Of a stretch of DNA of 64,000 nt, positions 55,200 to 63,987 are shown piece by piece; the first letter of the stretch is position 1, and each line of letters begins with the position of its first letter. Origin of the DNA: an uncultured Gammaproteobacteria bacterium (GTDB taxonomy: Bacteria; Patescibacteriota; Patescibacteriia; Magasanikbacterales; GWA2-37-8); the NCBI GenBank assembly GCA_964634875.1, contig CAZWKA010000002.1, forward strand, positions 15,590 to 79,589. Direction: 5' to 3'. Position numbers and translations under genes: made by a program. Under the pieces are notes generated by a model. That model did not search any database, was not told the origin of the DNA, and saw only the letters and a program-made list of their open reading frames with translations.

Positions 55200-56237
55200 T
55201 TAAAGCTCAGGAACCTCTTCTTTATGCAAGATTTCTTCAATAGCTGCTATAGAAAGCTTGGGTTGGTCAACAGTTGAAAACTCCTTATAGTCCGTTTTAT
55301 GGGCGCCCGGGTAACTAGCCGCAATTTGGGCACTTTCGGCATCTGCACCGACTACCGGGGTAATAATAAACATGTCTTCAGTTTCCAGCGCATAATCAGC
55401 TTCTTCACTACTGAGGAGCTTCTCGTTTATCCGCTCCCCGTTCTTTTTCCCGACAAATTTAATTTCTACGTCTTCAGGTTTACGGTTAAACTTGGGCGCA
55501 AAAATATTGCTCAGTGCACGGGCGAGGTCAACAATCTTGAGGGCCGGCATCTTAAGGATAAAAATTTCCCGGTCACGCATGAGGGTGGTCGCCTTAAAGA
55601 TAAGCTGTACCGCCTGCGTCGTTGACATAACAAAACGGGCCATGTGTTCGTCAGTAACCGTGAGCGGGCCACCCTTTTTAATCTGTTCCACAAACAAAGG
55701 CAAGACTGAGCCGCGAGAGAAGAGTACATTACCAAAACGAACAAAACAAAATTTGGTTTCCTTTTTTCCTTTATAAAAATAAGAAGCAAGCATGATTTTT
55801 TCTGCCAACAGCTTGGTGCAACCCATAACATTCGTCGGATCGGTCGCTTTGTCCGTTGAAATACCAATTACTTTTTCAACTTTATTGGCAAAAGCACAAT
55901 CAATCACGTTTTGTGTCCCGTAGACATTTGTTTTTACTGCTTCAAACGGGTTTTTTTCACACGATATGACGTGCTTAAGGGCTGCCGCATGAAAAACGAT
56001 ATCTACGTTTTCCATAGCCAAATTTAAACGCTCCTTGTCGCGGATGTCCCCAATAAGCATGTTGATCCCCGGACGATTGCCTAAGCGGTGGAGCAACTCA
56101 AATTGTTTGGTTTCGTCCCGGCTATAGATACGGATTTGGCGCGGTTCATATTTAAGGAGTTCTTCAACAATTTTCGAACCAATCGAACCTGTTCCGCCGG
56201 TAACTAGAATTGTTTTTCCTTTAAATTCATTAAGCAT
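55200..56237 (-). CDS. UDP-N-acetylglucosamine 4,6-dehydratase (PseB/FlaA1/CapD-like, soluble)
   Basis: 'KTILVTGGTGSIGSKIVEELL', Polysacc_synt_2, and the YxxxK motif 'CTKLLAEKI'. An ATG at 56237 is preferred; the ORF track uses a TTG at 56246. Confidence 0.78.
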   Translation of the reverse strand: MLNEFKGKTILVTGGTGSIGSKIVEELLKYEPRQIRIYSRDETKQFELLHRLGNRPGINMLIGDIRDKERLNLAMENVDIVFHAAALKHVISCEKNPFEAVKTNVYGTQNVIDCAFANKVEKVIGISTDKATDPTNVMGCTKLLAEKIMLASYFYKGKKETKFCFVRFGNVLFSRGSVLPLFVEQIKKGGPLTVTDEHMARFVMSTTQAVQLIFKATTLMRDREIFILKMPALKIVDLARALSNIFAPKFNRKPEDVEIKFVGKKNGERINEKLLSSEEADYALETEDMFIITPVVGADAESAQIAASYPGAHKTDYKEFSTVDQPKLSIAAIEEILHKEEVPEL

Positions 56238-57351
56238 ACTCCTCAAGCGTAGAAATTAATTGTTTACAAATAAGTGCAATATCTTGTTTAGTAAGGCCGA
56301 TGTAAAACGGCAAGGCAATTGTCCGGTCGCTAATACTTTCAGAAATTGGATAGCTCCCCGGTTTAAAGCCCAGGCTACGACGGTAAAAATCAAATAAGTG
56401 TATTGATGGAAGGTACGGTTTGCTGGCAACACCGCGAGTACTCAAGCCCTTGATTACGCCGTCACGTTTAGCCCGCTTATTCTTGATTGCAACCACATAG
56501 ACAAACCAGGTATGGGTATTGCCCTTTTTAGTCTTAGGGACATCAACAAAATCAGCAAAGGGCCGAAGAGCGGCTTCGTACCAGGCGGCGATCTTTTGGC
56601 GCTCTTTAACCATCCAGTCCAGGCGTTTAAGCTGTACCAGGCCGAGGGCAGCGCTCATTTCGTCCATGCGGTAATTGTAGCCAAGATACTGGTGGTCAAG
56701 CCACTGCATGTTAGCACCTCTTCCTTGATTTGCCAAGCTTTTACACTGCTCAGCGACCTTTTTGCTATTGGTTACGATCATGCCACCTTCACCGGTAGTC
56801 ATCTGCTTATTAGGGTAAAAAGCGAAGACTGCTGACTCACCAAAAGTACCTGTTTTCTTGCCCTGATAAGTTGCCCCAATACTTTCACAGGCATCTTCCA
56901 TAATTTTGAGCTTATGCTTTTTGGCGATCTGCTGGATAGGCTTCATATCCGCCGACTGTCCAAAAATATGCACGACCAAAATAGCCTTGGTTTTAGGAGT
57001 TATAGCTTGTTCTATAAGAGCTGGATCAAGATTGTAGGTAACCGGGTCAATATCAACAAATACCGGTTTTGCACCAACGTATAAAATGCAGTTGCCAGAT
57101 GCCACGAATGAAAAAGGTGTTGTTACCACCTCATCCCCTACCCCTATACCCGCAGCAATCATAGCCAGGTGCAGTCCAGACGTGCCACTACTAACTGCCA
57201 CCGCATATTTGGTGCCAATTTTTTTAGCAAAGGCCTTTTCAAACTCCTGGTATACTGGACCCAAGCTGAGGTGTCCGCTTTTAAGCACTTTAACCACGGC
57301 ATTAATTTCTTCTTGTTTAATATACGGTTTGGCGAGAGGAAATTTTTTCAT
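56230..57351 (-). CDS. DegT/DnrJ/EryC1/StrS-family PLP-dependent sugar aminotransferase (PseC/LegC-like)
   Basis: 'GDEVVTTPFSFVASGNC' and a PLP-Lys region. 373 aa. Confidence 0.82.
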   Translation of the reverse strand: MKKFPLAKPYIKQEEINAVVKVLKSGHLSLGPVYQEFEKAFAKKIGTKYAVAVSSGTSGLHLAMIAAGIGVGDEVVTTPFSFVASGNCILYVGAKPVFVDIDPVTYNLDPALIEQAITPKTKAILVVHIFGQSADMKPIQQIAKKHKLKIMEDACESIGATYQGKKTGTFGESAVFAFYPNKQMTTGEGGMIVTNSKKVAEQCKSLANQGRGANMQWLDHQYLGYNYRMDEMSAALGLVQLKRLDWMVKERQKIAAWYEAALRPFADFVDVPKTKKGNTHTWFVYVVAIKNKRAKRDGVIKGLSTRGVASKPYLPSIHLFDFYRRSLGFKPGSYPISESISDRTIALPFYIGLTKQDIALICKQLISTLEEYA

Positions 57352-57360
57352 AGTCTAAAA

Positions 57361-58164
57361 TTATTTTTTAGCTAACAGTTCTGCAATATACTTAAGCGTT
57401 GTTTCATCAATAAGGTTAAACTTTTCACCTTTAATTTCCAGGTATGCCCCAAGATGTGGCGGGAAAAAGAACGCGCGAATTTTACGATGAATTTGATCGA
57501 GTGAATCCTTAGAGGGGTCAATGCGTTTGAACTCGTCAAGCTGAGGAGCGGTTAAATAGAGACCGCCCTCGTTGGGGAGCAATTTAAACTTTTTGTTGCC
57601 CACAAAAGAAGTAATCACGTTTTTAAACAGCTCGACTAATTTTTCCTGAGTTTTTTGTTCTAAAGCAATAACCGTTACTGATTCTGGCTTAATAGGAAAA
57701 TTAAGAACCTTAATAATTTTGCCACTATCAAAAGTCTCACCGTCAATAAAATGAGCCGACACGCCAAAAGTCTTACGTTGTTCAAGGATGGCCGTATTGT
57801 AACCCGCCCGGCTTTTATAATCAGGTAAGGGGGCAGGGTGAAAATTTATACAACCTTTTGTTCCCAGCTCGATCAACGGAAGTTTAATTTTTTTCCAGAA
57901 TAAATACGAGATGACCAGGTCAACATTCTGTAACCGCTTGTCATTGCGTTCAATAAGCTTATAGAGCGGGGCATCGTCTGTATAAAAAAGGATCCTTTTT
58001 GCTTGAGCAATTTTTTGCAGCTCCTTTTTGGCCGGATCGCTTGGGTGCGTAACAATAGCCGCAATTGCTATTTCTTGTTTAAACAAAAATTGGACACATT
58101 CAAGCGCACTTACCTTGCGGCACAGTAAAATCACTTTTTTAATACCGGGTTTTTTAGGCGACAT
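57361..58164 (-). CDS. Sugar N-formyltransferase (Formyl_trans_N family)
   Basis: 'INFHPAPLPDYKSRAGYNTAILE' (HxSLLP-like region) and 'GVSAHFIDGETFDSGKII' (the N-x-H...D catalytic pattern of formyltransferases). The internal ATG at 58164 avoids a 65-nt overlap. Confidence 0.6.
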   Translation of the reverse strand: MSPKKPGIKKVILLCRKVSALECVQFLFKQEIAIAAIVTHPSDPAKKELQKIAQAKRILFYTDDAPLYKLIERNDKRLQNVDLVISYLFWKKIKLPLIELGTKGCINFHPAPLPDYKSRAGYNTAILEQRKTFGVSAHFIDGETFDSGKIIKVLNFPIKPESVTVIALEQKTQEKLVELFKNVITSFVGNKKFKLLPNEGGLYLTAPQLDEFKRIDPSKDSLDQIHRKIRAFFFPPHLGAYLEIKGEKFNLIDETTLKYIAELLAKK

Positions 58165-59299
58165 ACTTTTTTGGCTGCAAACGAGGATTAAAAAGTTCTT
58201 TTTCGAGGATACGGACAATTTGCTTACCTGCTTTTCCTTGTCCGTACGGATGGACGGCAGCGCGCGCTTTCTTTTGGAAAGCCGGAGTCAAGGCAAGCGT
58301 CAGCGCCTTTTTAATTTCCTTTTCGTCATAACCAACATGCATAACATTTTTACCGCATTCTCTCCCCTCCTGGCGACGGCCGATGTTAATTACCGGGCGA
58401 TGAAAAAAAGTCGACTCAATAATTCCGGAACTAGAGTTACCTACCAGTACATCAGCGTACTTTAAAAGGCTCAAATATACTTTTCGATGGACGTTAGGGA
58501 AAACATGCCAATCATTTTGTTTTTCCCTGGCCTTGAACTCACCAATAATAATCGCACTACCTGTATCTGTATTCGGATAAATAGCAATTTTTTCGCCAAT
58601 AAAACTTTTGAGGGCAGCAAGCGTTGGTTTAATTTGTTTATCGACAGAAACGGCATCAAGCGGAGCAGAATGCTGCAATAGCAAAAACCATTTTTGCTGA
58701 GGATCAAGTCGAAGTTGCTCGGCAAGTTCTTGGCGGCTAAAATATTCCATGCTTGCCAAGTCGTCGATTCCAGGCGCCCCCACCGTATGAATACGCCAGG
58801 CTTCTTCACCGATTTTTTTGATGTTCTGACTGCTCCGTTTAGAAACAGCAAAATGCAGATGGGCAAATTTGGTTATTGCACTCCGAATAGCATCGTCGAC
58901 TACTCCGGCAGTAATGTCGCCCCCGTGAATATGGGCGAGAGGAATTCCTAAATGTCCAGCTACAATGGCCGCAGCAAAAGGTTCGTCCCGATCGCCCAGG
59001 ACAAGCATTGCATCTGGTTTATTTTTGAGACAATAGGCTTCAATACCTTCAATTTCCTTAGCGAGGGCGGTGCTCATGGTATCGTTAACCGCAATCGGTA
59101 CGACGGCATCAATAGCTCGCTTATCCTGGCGGATATCGTTAATGGTTTCCCCGTACTTCTTTAAAGTATGCATACCCGTTACGAGCAAGCGCATTTCTAA
59201 AACCAAACTTTTTGAGAGTTCAACCATGCTCGATTTGAGCAGTCCATATTCAGCACGAGTACCTGTTATGACTAAAACTACTTTTTTATTTTTTTTCAT
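58154..59299 (-). CDS. neuC: UDP-N-acetylglucosamine 2-epimerase (hydrolysing), NeuC/LegG-like
   Basis: 'VVLVITGTRAEYGLL', 'DAMLVLGDRDEPFAAAIVAGHLGIPLAHIHGGD', 'VGAPGIDDL'. Epimerase_2 family. Confidence 0.8.
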   Translation of the reverse strand: MKKNKKVVLVITGTRAEYGLLKSSMVELSKSLVLEMRLLVTGMHTLKKYGETINDIRQDKRAIDAVVPIAVNDTMSTALAKEIEGIEAYCLKNKPDAMLVLGDRDEPFAAAIVAGHLGIPLAHIHGGDITAGVVDDAIRSAITKFAHLHFAVSKRSSQNIKKIGEEAWRIHTVGAPGIDDLASMEYFSRQELAEQLRLDPQQKWFLLLQHSAPLDAVSVDKQIKPTLAALKSFIGEKIAIYPNTDTGSAIIIGEFKAREKQNDWHVFPNVHRKVYLSLLKYADVLVGNSSSGIIESTFFHRPVINIGRRQEGRECGKNVMHVGYDEKEIKKALTLALTPAFQKKARAAVHPYGQGKAGKQIVRILEKELFNPRLQPKKYVA

Positions 59300-60363
59300 A
59301 CCAAATCTTCTGTTTTAATAAGGGTGTCCGCTGGGATATCGTGCACTGCTTTTTTACCAACCACACTGTCAATTTCTGTTGGCGGGATGCCGTAACCCGG
59401 GCGCTTCATGATTAAATCTTCCAACTTAATTTCACTGCCAGCGGCAATACTATTTTTGCTAATAATGCTCTTACGGGCAATGGTTTTAATGGAAATTTCT
59501 TCAGGAGTACACTGCTTTTCAAAACTGCCAAGCATAACTTCCGCGTCGCGAATCGCTGCCACCATCGCTTTAAGTTCAGCCGGGTCAAGTGAAGCTTTGT
59601 GGTCTGGGCCTTCCATATTTTTATCGAGCGTATAATGTTTTTCAATGACCGTCGAACCCAGTGCGGTAGCGACGATATCCGCAACGATGCCGGTACTTCC
59701 GTTGTCGGAATAACCTACTGTTACATCATACGGCTCCAGTTCTTTACGGAGCGTGGTAATAACATTTAAATTAAGACTGCCAAAACTTGGTGGATAGTTG
59801 GACGTGCTATGCAAAACGATAATATCGTGGTTACCCATTGCCTTAATTTCTTTTACGGCACAGATGGTTTCTGGCAGATCAGCCATACCAGTCGAAACGA
59901 TCATCGGCTTGCCTTTTTTGGCAATGTGCCTCAGGTACGGAATGTTGTTAATTTCACCGGACGGAATTTTGTAAGCGGCAATATTGAGTGTTTCTAAAAA
60001 GTCAGCATTAGCTTCAGCAAAGGGAGTGGAGAGAAAAATAATGCCTTTTTGTTTACAGTAATCAATCAAAATTTGATGGTACTCACTTTTGAGTTCCAAA
60101 CGCTTGAGCATGTCGAACTGCGATTCAGTCTTACCAATATTGCGGGTTTGGTATTCGGCCTGTTCCGCAGTACCGGTAACAAGGAGCTCAGCAGTAAACG
60201 TTTGGAATTTTACTGCGTCAGCACCGGCTTCAACAGCTACATCAACTAATTTTTTAGCCAGTTCAAGGTCGCCGTTATTATTAACACCAGCTTCAGCAAT
60301 AATGAAAACCGGCTCACCATGGCCAATTGTTTTTCCTCCAATTACAATCTTTTTTGAGGTCAT
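59296..60363 (-). CDS. neuB: N-acetylneuraminate/legionaminate/pseudaminate synthase (NeuB family) with C-terminal SAF domain
   Basis: 'IIAEAGVNNNGDLELAKKLVDVAVEAGADAVKFQT' and a C-terminal SAF/antifreeze-like domain. ATG at 60363 is taken as the start. Confidence 0.85.
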   Translation of the reverse strand: MTSKKIVIGGKTIGHGEPVFIIAEAGVNNNGDLELAKKLVDVAVEAGADAVKFQTFTAELLVTGTAEQAEYQTRNIGKTESQFDMLKRLELKSEYHQILIDYCKQKGIIFLSTPFAEANADFLETLNIAAYKIPSGEINNIPYLRHIAKKGKPMIVSTGMADLPETICAVKEIKAMGNHDIIVLHSTSNYPPSFGSLNLNVITTLRKELEPYDVTVGYSDNGSTGIVADIVATALGSTVIEKHYTLDKNMEGPDHKASLDPAELKAMVAAIRDAEVMLGSFEKQCTPEEISIKTIARKSIISKNSIAAGSEIKLEDLIMKRPGYGIPPTEIDSVVGKKAVHDIPADTLIKTEDLV

Positions 60364-60510
60364 ATAACTTACATAGATAAAAACAACTGGCTCAAAAAGT
60401 ATAGCATTTTGCTTTAAAATAGGCAATAATCTCCTTTATAAACAGAAGAGGCCGCATCACTCGGAACCGAAGTTCCGTAGGTGCGGCCTGGGGAAGTGAT
60501 ATTTTTTCTT

Positions 60511-61230
60511 CTACGGAAGGGGGAACGGGAAGGTCTCGATGCCGTCGCCGAGGCCGTCCTCGGCCCATTCCTTCTTCACGCGCTCCATGTACGAGCGGAG
60601 ATAGGCAAAGCGCTCGCGAGCCATCTGCTTGGCCCGTGACAGGCGCAGGCCAAACGTTCCGCTCTCCCACTCGCAGTTGTGGTCGATGTCGCGCAGGACG
60701 GAACCAGGCTCGCGGAAGCTGACACCAGGCTCGTGCAGCAGGTAAGGGCTGACCGCGGGCTTATCATGGTAGAACTGTCCAGCCCGCATTACGACTTCTG
60801 CTCCAACCCCAACGTATCGGTCAGCGTCACGGAGCGCCTGGAGCGTGATCGGATCGCCCTCGAAGTTCCCCTGATCGTGCGCGAGCACATCGGCGATGAC
60901 GAGGGGCCAATCCGCCCGGTTGATCCGCGGTTCGGCCGAGAGCCAGTCGGTGATGAGCGCCGCGACTTTGTCCCGGTGAACGTCCTTGCGGTGACCAGCG
61001 TGCATCGTATACTGGAGGACGCGGTCGGCATTGTGACAGAAGCCGCCAGCCATGGCCAGGTTCAGGATGCGTTCGTCCACGTCCCCAACGAGCAGTCGCC
61101 CCGCCACATCTGCGACGCGGGCAGCGTGCAGAAAATCGTGAGCACCACCGGTGATGCCCACGCTGTAGTGGCCAACGCGTACCGCGCGGGCCAGGTCAGG
61201 CAAACGGTCCCAAGCTCTTTGTTCCGACAT
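60511..61230 (-). CDS. HD-domain phosphohydrolase-like protein, high-GC orphan cassette 9
   Basis: 'GAHDFLHAARVADVAGRL' (H...HD...H.RVA pattern), with later His/Asp residues. Strongly GC-rich codons. It has its own promoter and a GGAG Shine-Dalgarno. Confidence 0.5.
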   Translation of the reverse strand: MSEQRAWDRLPDLARAVRVGHYSVGITGGAHDFLHAARVADVAGRLLVGDVDERILNLAMAGGFCHNADRVLQYTMHAGHRKDVHRDKVAALITDWLSAEPRINRADWPLVIADVLAHDQGNFEGDPITLQALRDADRYVGVGAEVVMRAGQFYHDKPAVSPYLLHEPGVSFREPGSVLRDIDHNCEWESGTFGLRLSRAKQMARERFAYLRSYMERVKKEWAEDGLGDGIETFPFPLP

Positions 61231-61316
61231 ACTCTCTTCTCCTTTGGAGAAATGGTCGACGGATGTCCTCCTCAGCGACTATGCACCCACTGCACAAGCC
61301 GCAGAAAGAACATAGT

Positions 61317-61345
61317 AAAATACTTGAAAAACTCACTTTTGTCAA
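61317..61345 (-). promoter_or_regulatory. Sigma70-type promoter (TTGACA-17-TATTTT) for the HD-domain cassette
   Basis: Minus strand 'cTTGACAaaagtgagtttttcaagTATTTT'. The 'cttgacaaaag' start is identical to the promoter at 31465. Confidence 0.45.
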
Positions 61346-61547
61346 GTAGTGAGACCTAAAAACAATGTAAAAAAACAACTGTTGGTTCGGGAAACAATGA
61401 GATGCTCGACGTACCCCACGGCTCAGAGAAGACGTGCTTCCGTTTTTTTCTTAAAATCATTGAGGGCACCCCGTTACTAAAACTTTACACTGACCTAGAA
61501 CTCCTCAAACAAAAATTTAAAAATAGCTCTAGCAACTACGAACCTTT

Positions 61548-62201
61548 TTAAAAAATTTCAAAATGAATTTTATTTTCTAAAACACCTTGTTGGAACAGGT
61601 CTAAACGGATTTTTTTTACTTTTTCCAACTGGCCACACAAATAGAAATCGGCACTTTGTTCGAGCAGCTGCTTAAGGGAGCTTTCTTCAATTAAATGGGT
61701 CGTATCTGCACTTTCTTCCCCGTCAGTAAACACAATATCATATTTGAATGCAGGATTGGCGGCGCTGAGTGACTCAAGCATGCTCTCCCAGAGCACCGTT
61801 TCATTTTTCCCAATAACCGCAAATAAAGAAATATGTTGTGCGTTATTCAGTAATAACTGCTCTTTTACCATACTGACAAGCGGAGCCAGGCCAGTTCCAA
61901 ACCCAATAAATACCTTACAAGGTGCATGATTCAAAGAACATACAAAATTACCATACGGCCCATCAAAAAAAACCGGACTGCCAATTTTTAATTTAGAAAA
62001 GTAAGTGGCTGATTGCCCCTGAGGCGAGAAAAAAGCACAGAAATCAAGGGTGCTTTCCTTAGGTGACGAAGTAATTGAGTAGGAACGAACAGAAGCTTTA
62101 CCTTCTCCATCAAGCATTCGTAACTGTATATACTGACCGGCCATAAAAGTAAAATTTGCCGGTTTAGCAAAAGAAAATAAAAAAATATTTTCTATGGCCA
62201 T
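61548..62201 (-). CDS. Ferredoxin-NADP+ reductase-family flavin oxidoreductase (FAD/NAD(P)-binding two-domain)
   Basis: FAD motif 'RSYSITS' (RxYS) and NAD motif 'GFGTGLAP'. The ORF-track start at 62291 is an extension; the internal ATG at 62201 gives ~217 aa. Confidence 0.6.
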   Translation of the reverse strand: MAIENIFLFSFAKPANFTFMAGQYIQLRMLDGEGKASVRSYSITSSPKESTLDFCAFFSPQGQSATYFSKLKIGSPVFFDGPYGNFVCSLNHAPCKVFIGFGTGLAPLVSMVKEQLLLNNAQHISLFAVIGKNETVLWESMLESLSAANPAFKYDIVFTDGEESADTTHLIEESSLKQLLEQSADFYLCGQLEKVKKIRLDLFQQGVLENKIHFEIF

Positions 62202-62251
62202 TGATAAATTTAAGAGTGTACTACTAAAAACAGGTTCTCCCATACAAGAAA

Positions 62252-63157
62252 TTAGCGGAGCCAAGGACGGATAGCGTCTTTTACTAACCAAAAAAGATAA
62301 AGACCGGGAATTTTTGACGCCAAATAATTATACCAATAATGGACAATATGATAGTTGTTAATGACTCCCACCGGTGGATTCGTGTGCGTACCAATAATAA
62401 TATCTCCCGTCTTTTTATCAGAATGAAAAAAAAGCGTTGCAAAGGTATGGCCCCGATGATGTACCGTTAACGATCCCCGACCACCTGTCTGGTCGAGCAA
62501 CTTTTTACCTTCTTCGCCGAAAACTTGATCAACATCAATCAAGAAGGTTCCGTAAGGATTGGCAGATAACTCAGGCCCTCGTACAGTCGCACCATGCAAA
62601 TTATGCAGCACCGGCACAACCTTCGCAGTATCAGCATAGCCCGCTTCAGAGGAATGATTGAAAAAAATAACCATCGTTTTTTCTGTTTCCGAGCTTAGCA
62701 CAGCCGGACAGTACATGAGGTACGTTTGCTTTTCTTTTCTACCTGTAACATTAAGGCGTGTTGAACCGCCAAGACCGATATGGCAAATACTTTTTTTGAC
62801 TGGGGAAGACCACAAACAAACTAAATCCTTTTGGGTTAAGTCTTCACTGGTAAGGTCGATAGGGTGGACAATGCCCAAAATGCTGCCTTGAAAATCTGAT
62901 ACACCCAACTTGCCCAATTCTTCTCGCGCATTGAATATGATCGACTCGCCTGCCCCCAGGCAATGAACCTGCGGCTCGTAACGCACCACCTCACTCCCAT
63001 CAAGATGAAAAATAAAGAAAACTATTTCTTCTCTGCCTGAGCTAGCATTCTGATAGGCAAATTCATTTTGCTGGTGGGGGGCCTCAAGATGAATATAGCT
63101 CGAAAAGAAACATTTATAATCATGGCTCAGAAAAGAATTTAGCAACGGTTGATACAT
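62252..63157 (-). CDS. Hypothetical protein (301 aa)
   Basis: Intact ORF co-oriented with its neighbours. No recognisable motif. Confidence 0.35.
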   Translation of the reverse strand: MYQPLLNSFLSHDYKCFFSSYIHLEAPHQQNEFAYQNASSGREEIVFFIFHLDGSEVVRYEPQVHCLGAGESIIFNAREELGKLGVSDFQGSILGIVHPIDLTSEDLTQKDLVCLWSSPVKKSICHIGLGGSTRLNVTGRKEKQTYLMYCPAVLSSETEKTMVIFFNHSSEAGYADTAKVVPVLHNLHGATVRGPELSANPYGTFLIDVDQVFGEEGKKLLDQTGGRGSLTVHHRGHTFATLFFHSDKKTGDIIIGTHTNPPVGVINNYHIVHYWYNYLASKIPGLYLFWLVKDAIRPWLR

Positions 63158-63183
63158 AGCAGATTTCTGAATTAGATAAATGA

Positions 63184-63987
63184 TTACAAATGTTCACCAA
63201 ACATTTGTTCGCCGTCAGAAAATAACATAAATGGCTTTGGAAGAAAATTTTCACCCAAAATTTTAATGGTAAAGGGTTTGTCTGAAATATGCTCCGCTAA
63301 TTGAGGAATCTCTTTGAACAGATCAATCATGTGGCAAGCGCCCGGTTTGAGCGGTTCAATATCCTTGGAAATTTCCTCATTCTTAAAATTAAGAAACGTC
63401 AGCTTTGCCTTAGTGCAAGCCCCATGCAAAAACTTGCTAAAATTACACCCGCCAGCAATAAGCAGGTGCGGATGGAATGCGCTAGGCACTACAAGCCCCG
63501 GAGAAATACGTTGGTACGGTTCACCATGTGCGGCGCGCGCCACATGCAGGCTATGTGCCATAATACCAATTGTACTGCCTGGCTGATAGTACTCATTAAA
63601 GAAATCAGTGCTGTGGGCTTGGGGCAAAAAAACTTCATCGGATTGCATGACCACTTGCGCCCTAACTACACCAAAAGCATCAAGCTGTTTGTAAGGAGCA
63701 AGATCAATAATAACGGTTTCATTATCTTTAAAAGTACCTTGGAGCTGTAGAGCAACCTTACCCTGGCGATCTAAACATTCGAGATACCAGCTCGCCGGAA
63801 CACCCGCATCACACAGCAAGTTATAATAATTAGTTAAATATACTTTAGTTTCAAGGCCAAAGGATCCTTTAAAATAATAAGAGCTATTCAATAAACCCAA
63901 TGGTTTCCTTACACGGGATAAAAGAGGATACTGACGAACCGGCTTTAAACGTTCCAAAAAAATTGGATGCGCAGAACTACCAAACAT
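63184..63987 (-). CDS. Hypothetical protein (267 aa; N-terminus may extend beyond the window)
   Basis: Intact ORF. His-rich segments ('HSLHVARAAHGEPY', 'SAFHPHLL'). No recognisable family. Confidence 0.3.
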   Translation of the reverse strand: MFGSSAHPIFLERLKPVRQYPLLSRVRKPLGLLNSSYYFKGSFGLETKVYLTNYYNLLCDAGVPASWYLECLDRQGKVALQLQGTFKDNETVIIDLAPYKQLDAFGVVRAQVVMQSDEVFLPQAHSTDFFNEYYQPGSTIGIMAHSLHVARAAHGEPYQRISPGLVVPSAFHPHLLIAGGCNFSKFLHGACTKAKLTFLNFKNEEISKDIEPLKPGACHMIDLFKEIPQLAEHISDKPFTIKILGENFLPKPFMLFSDGEQMFGEHL

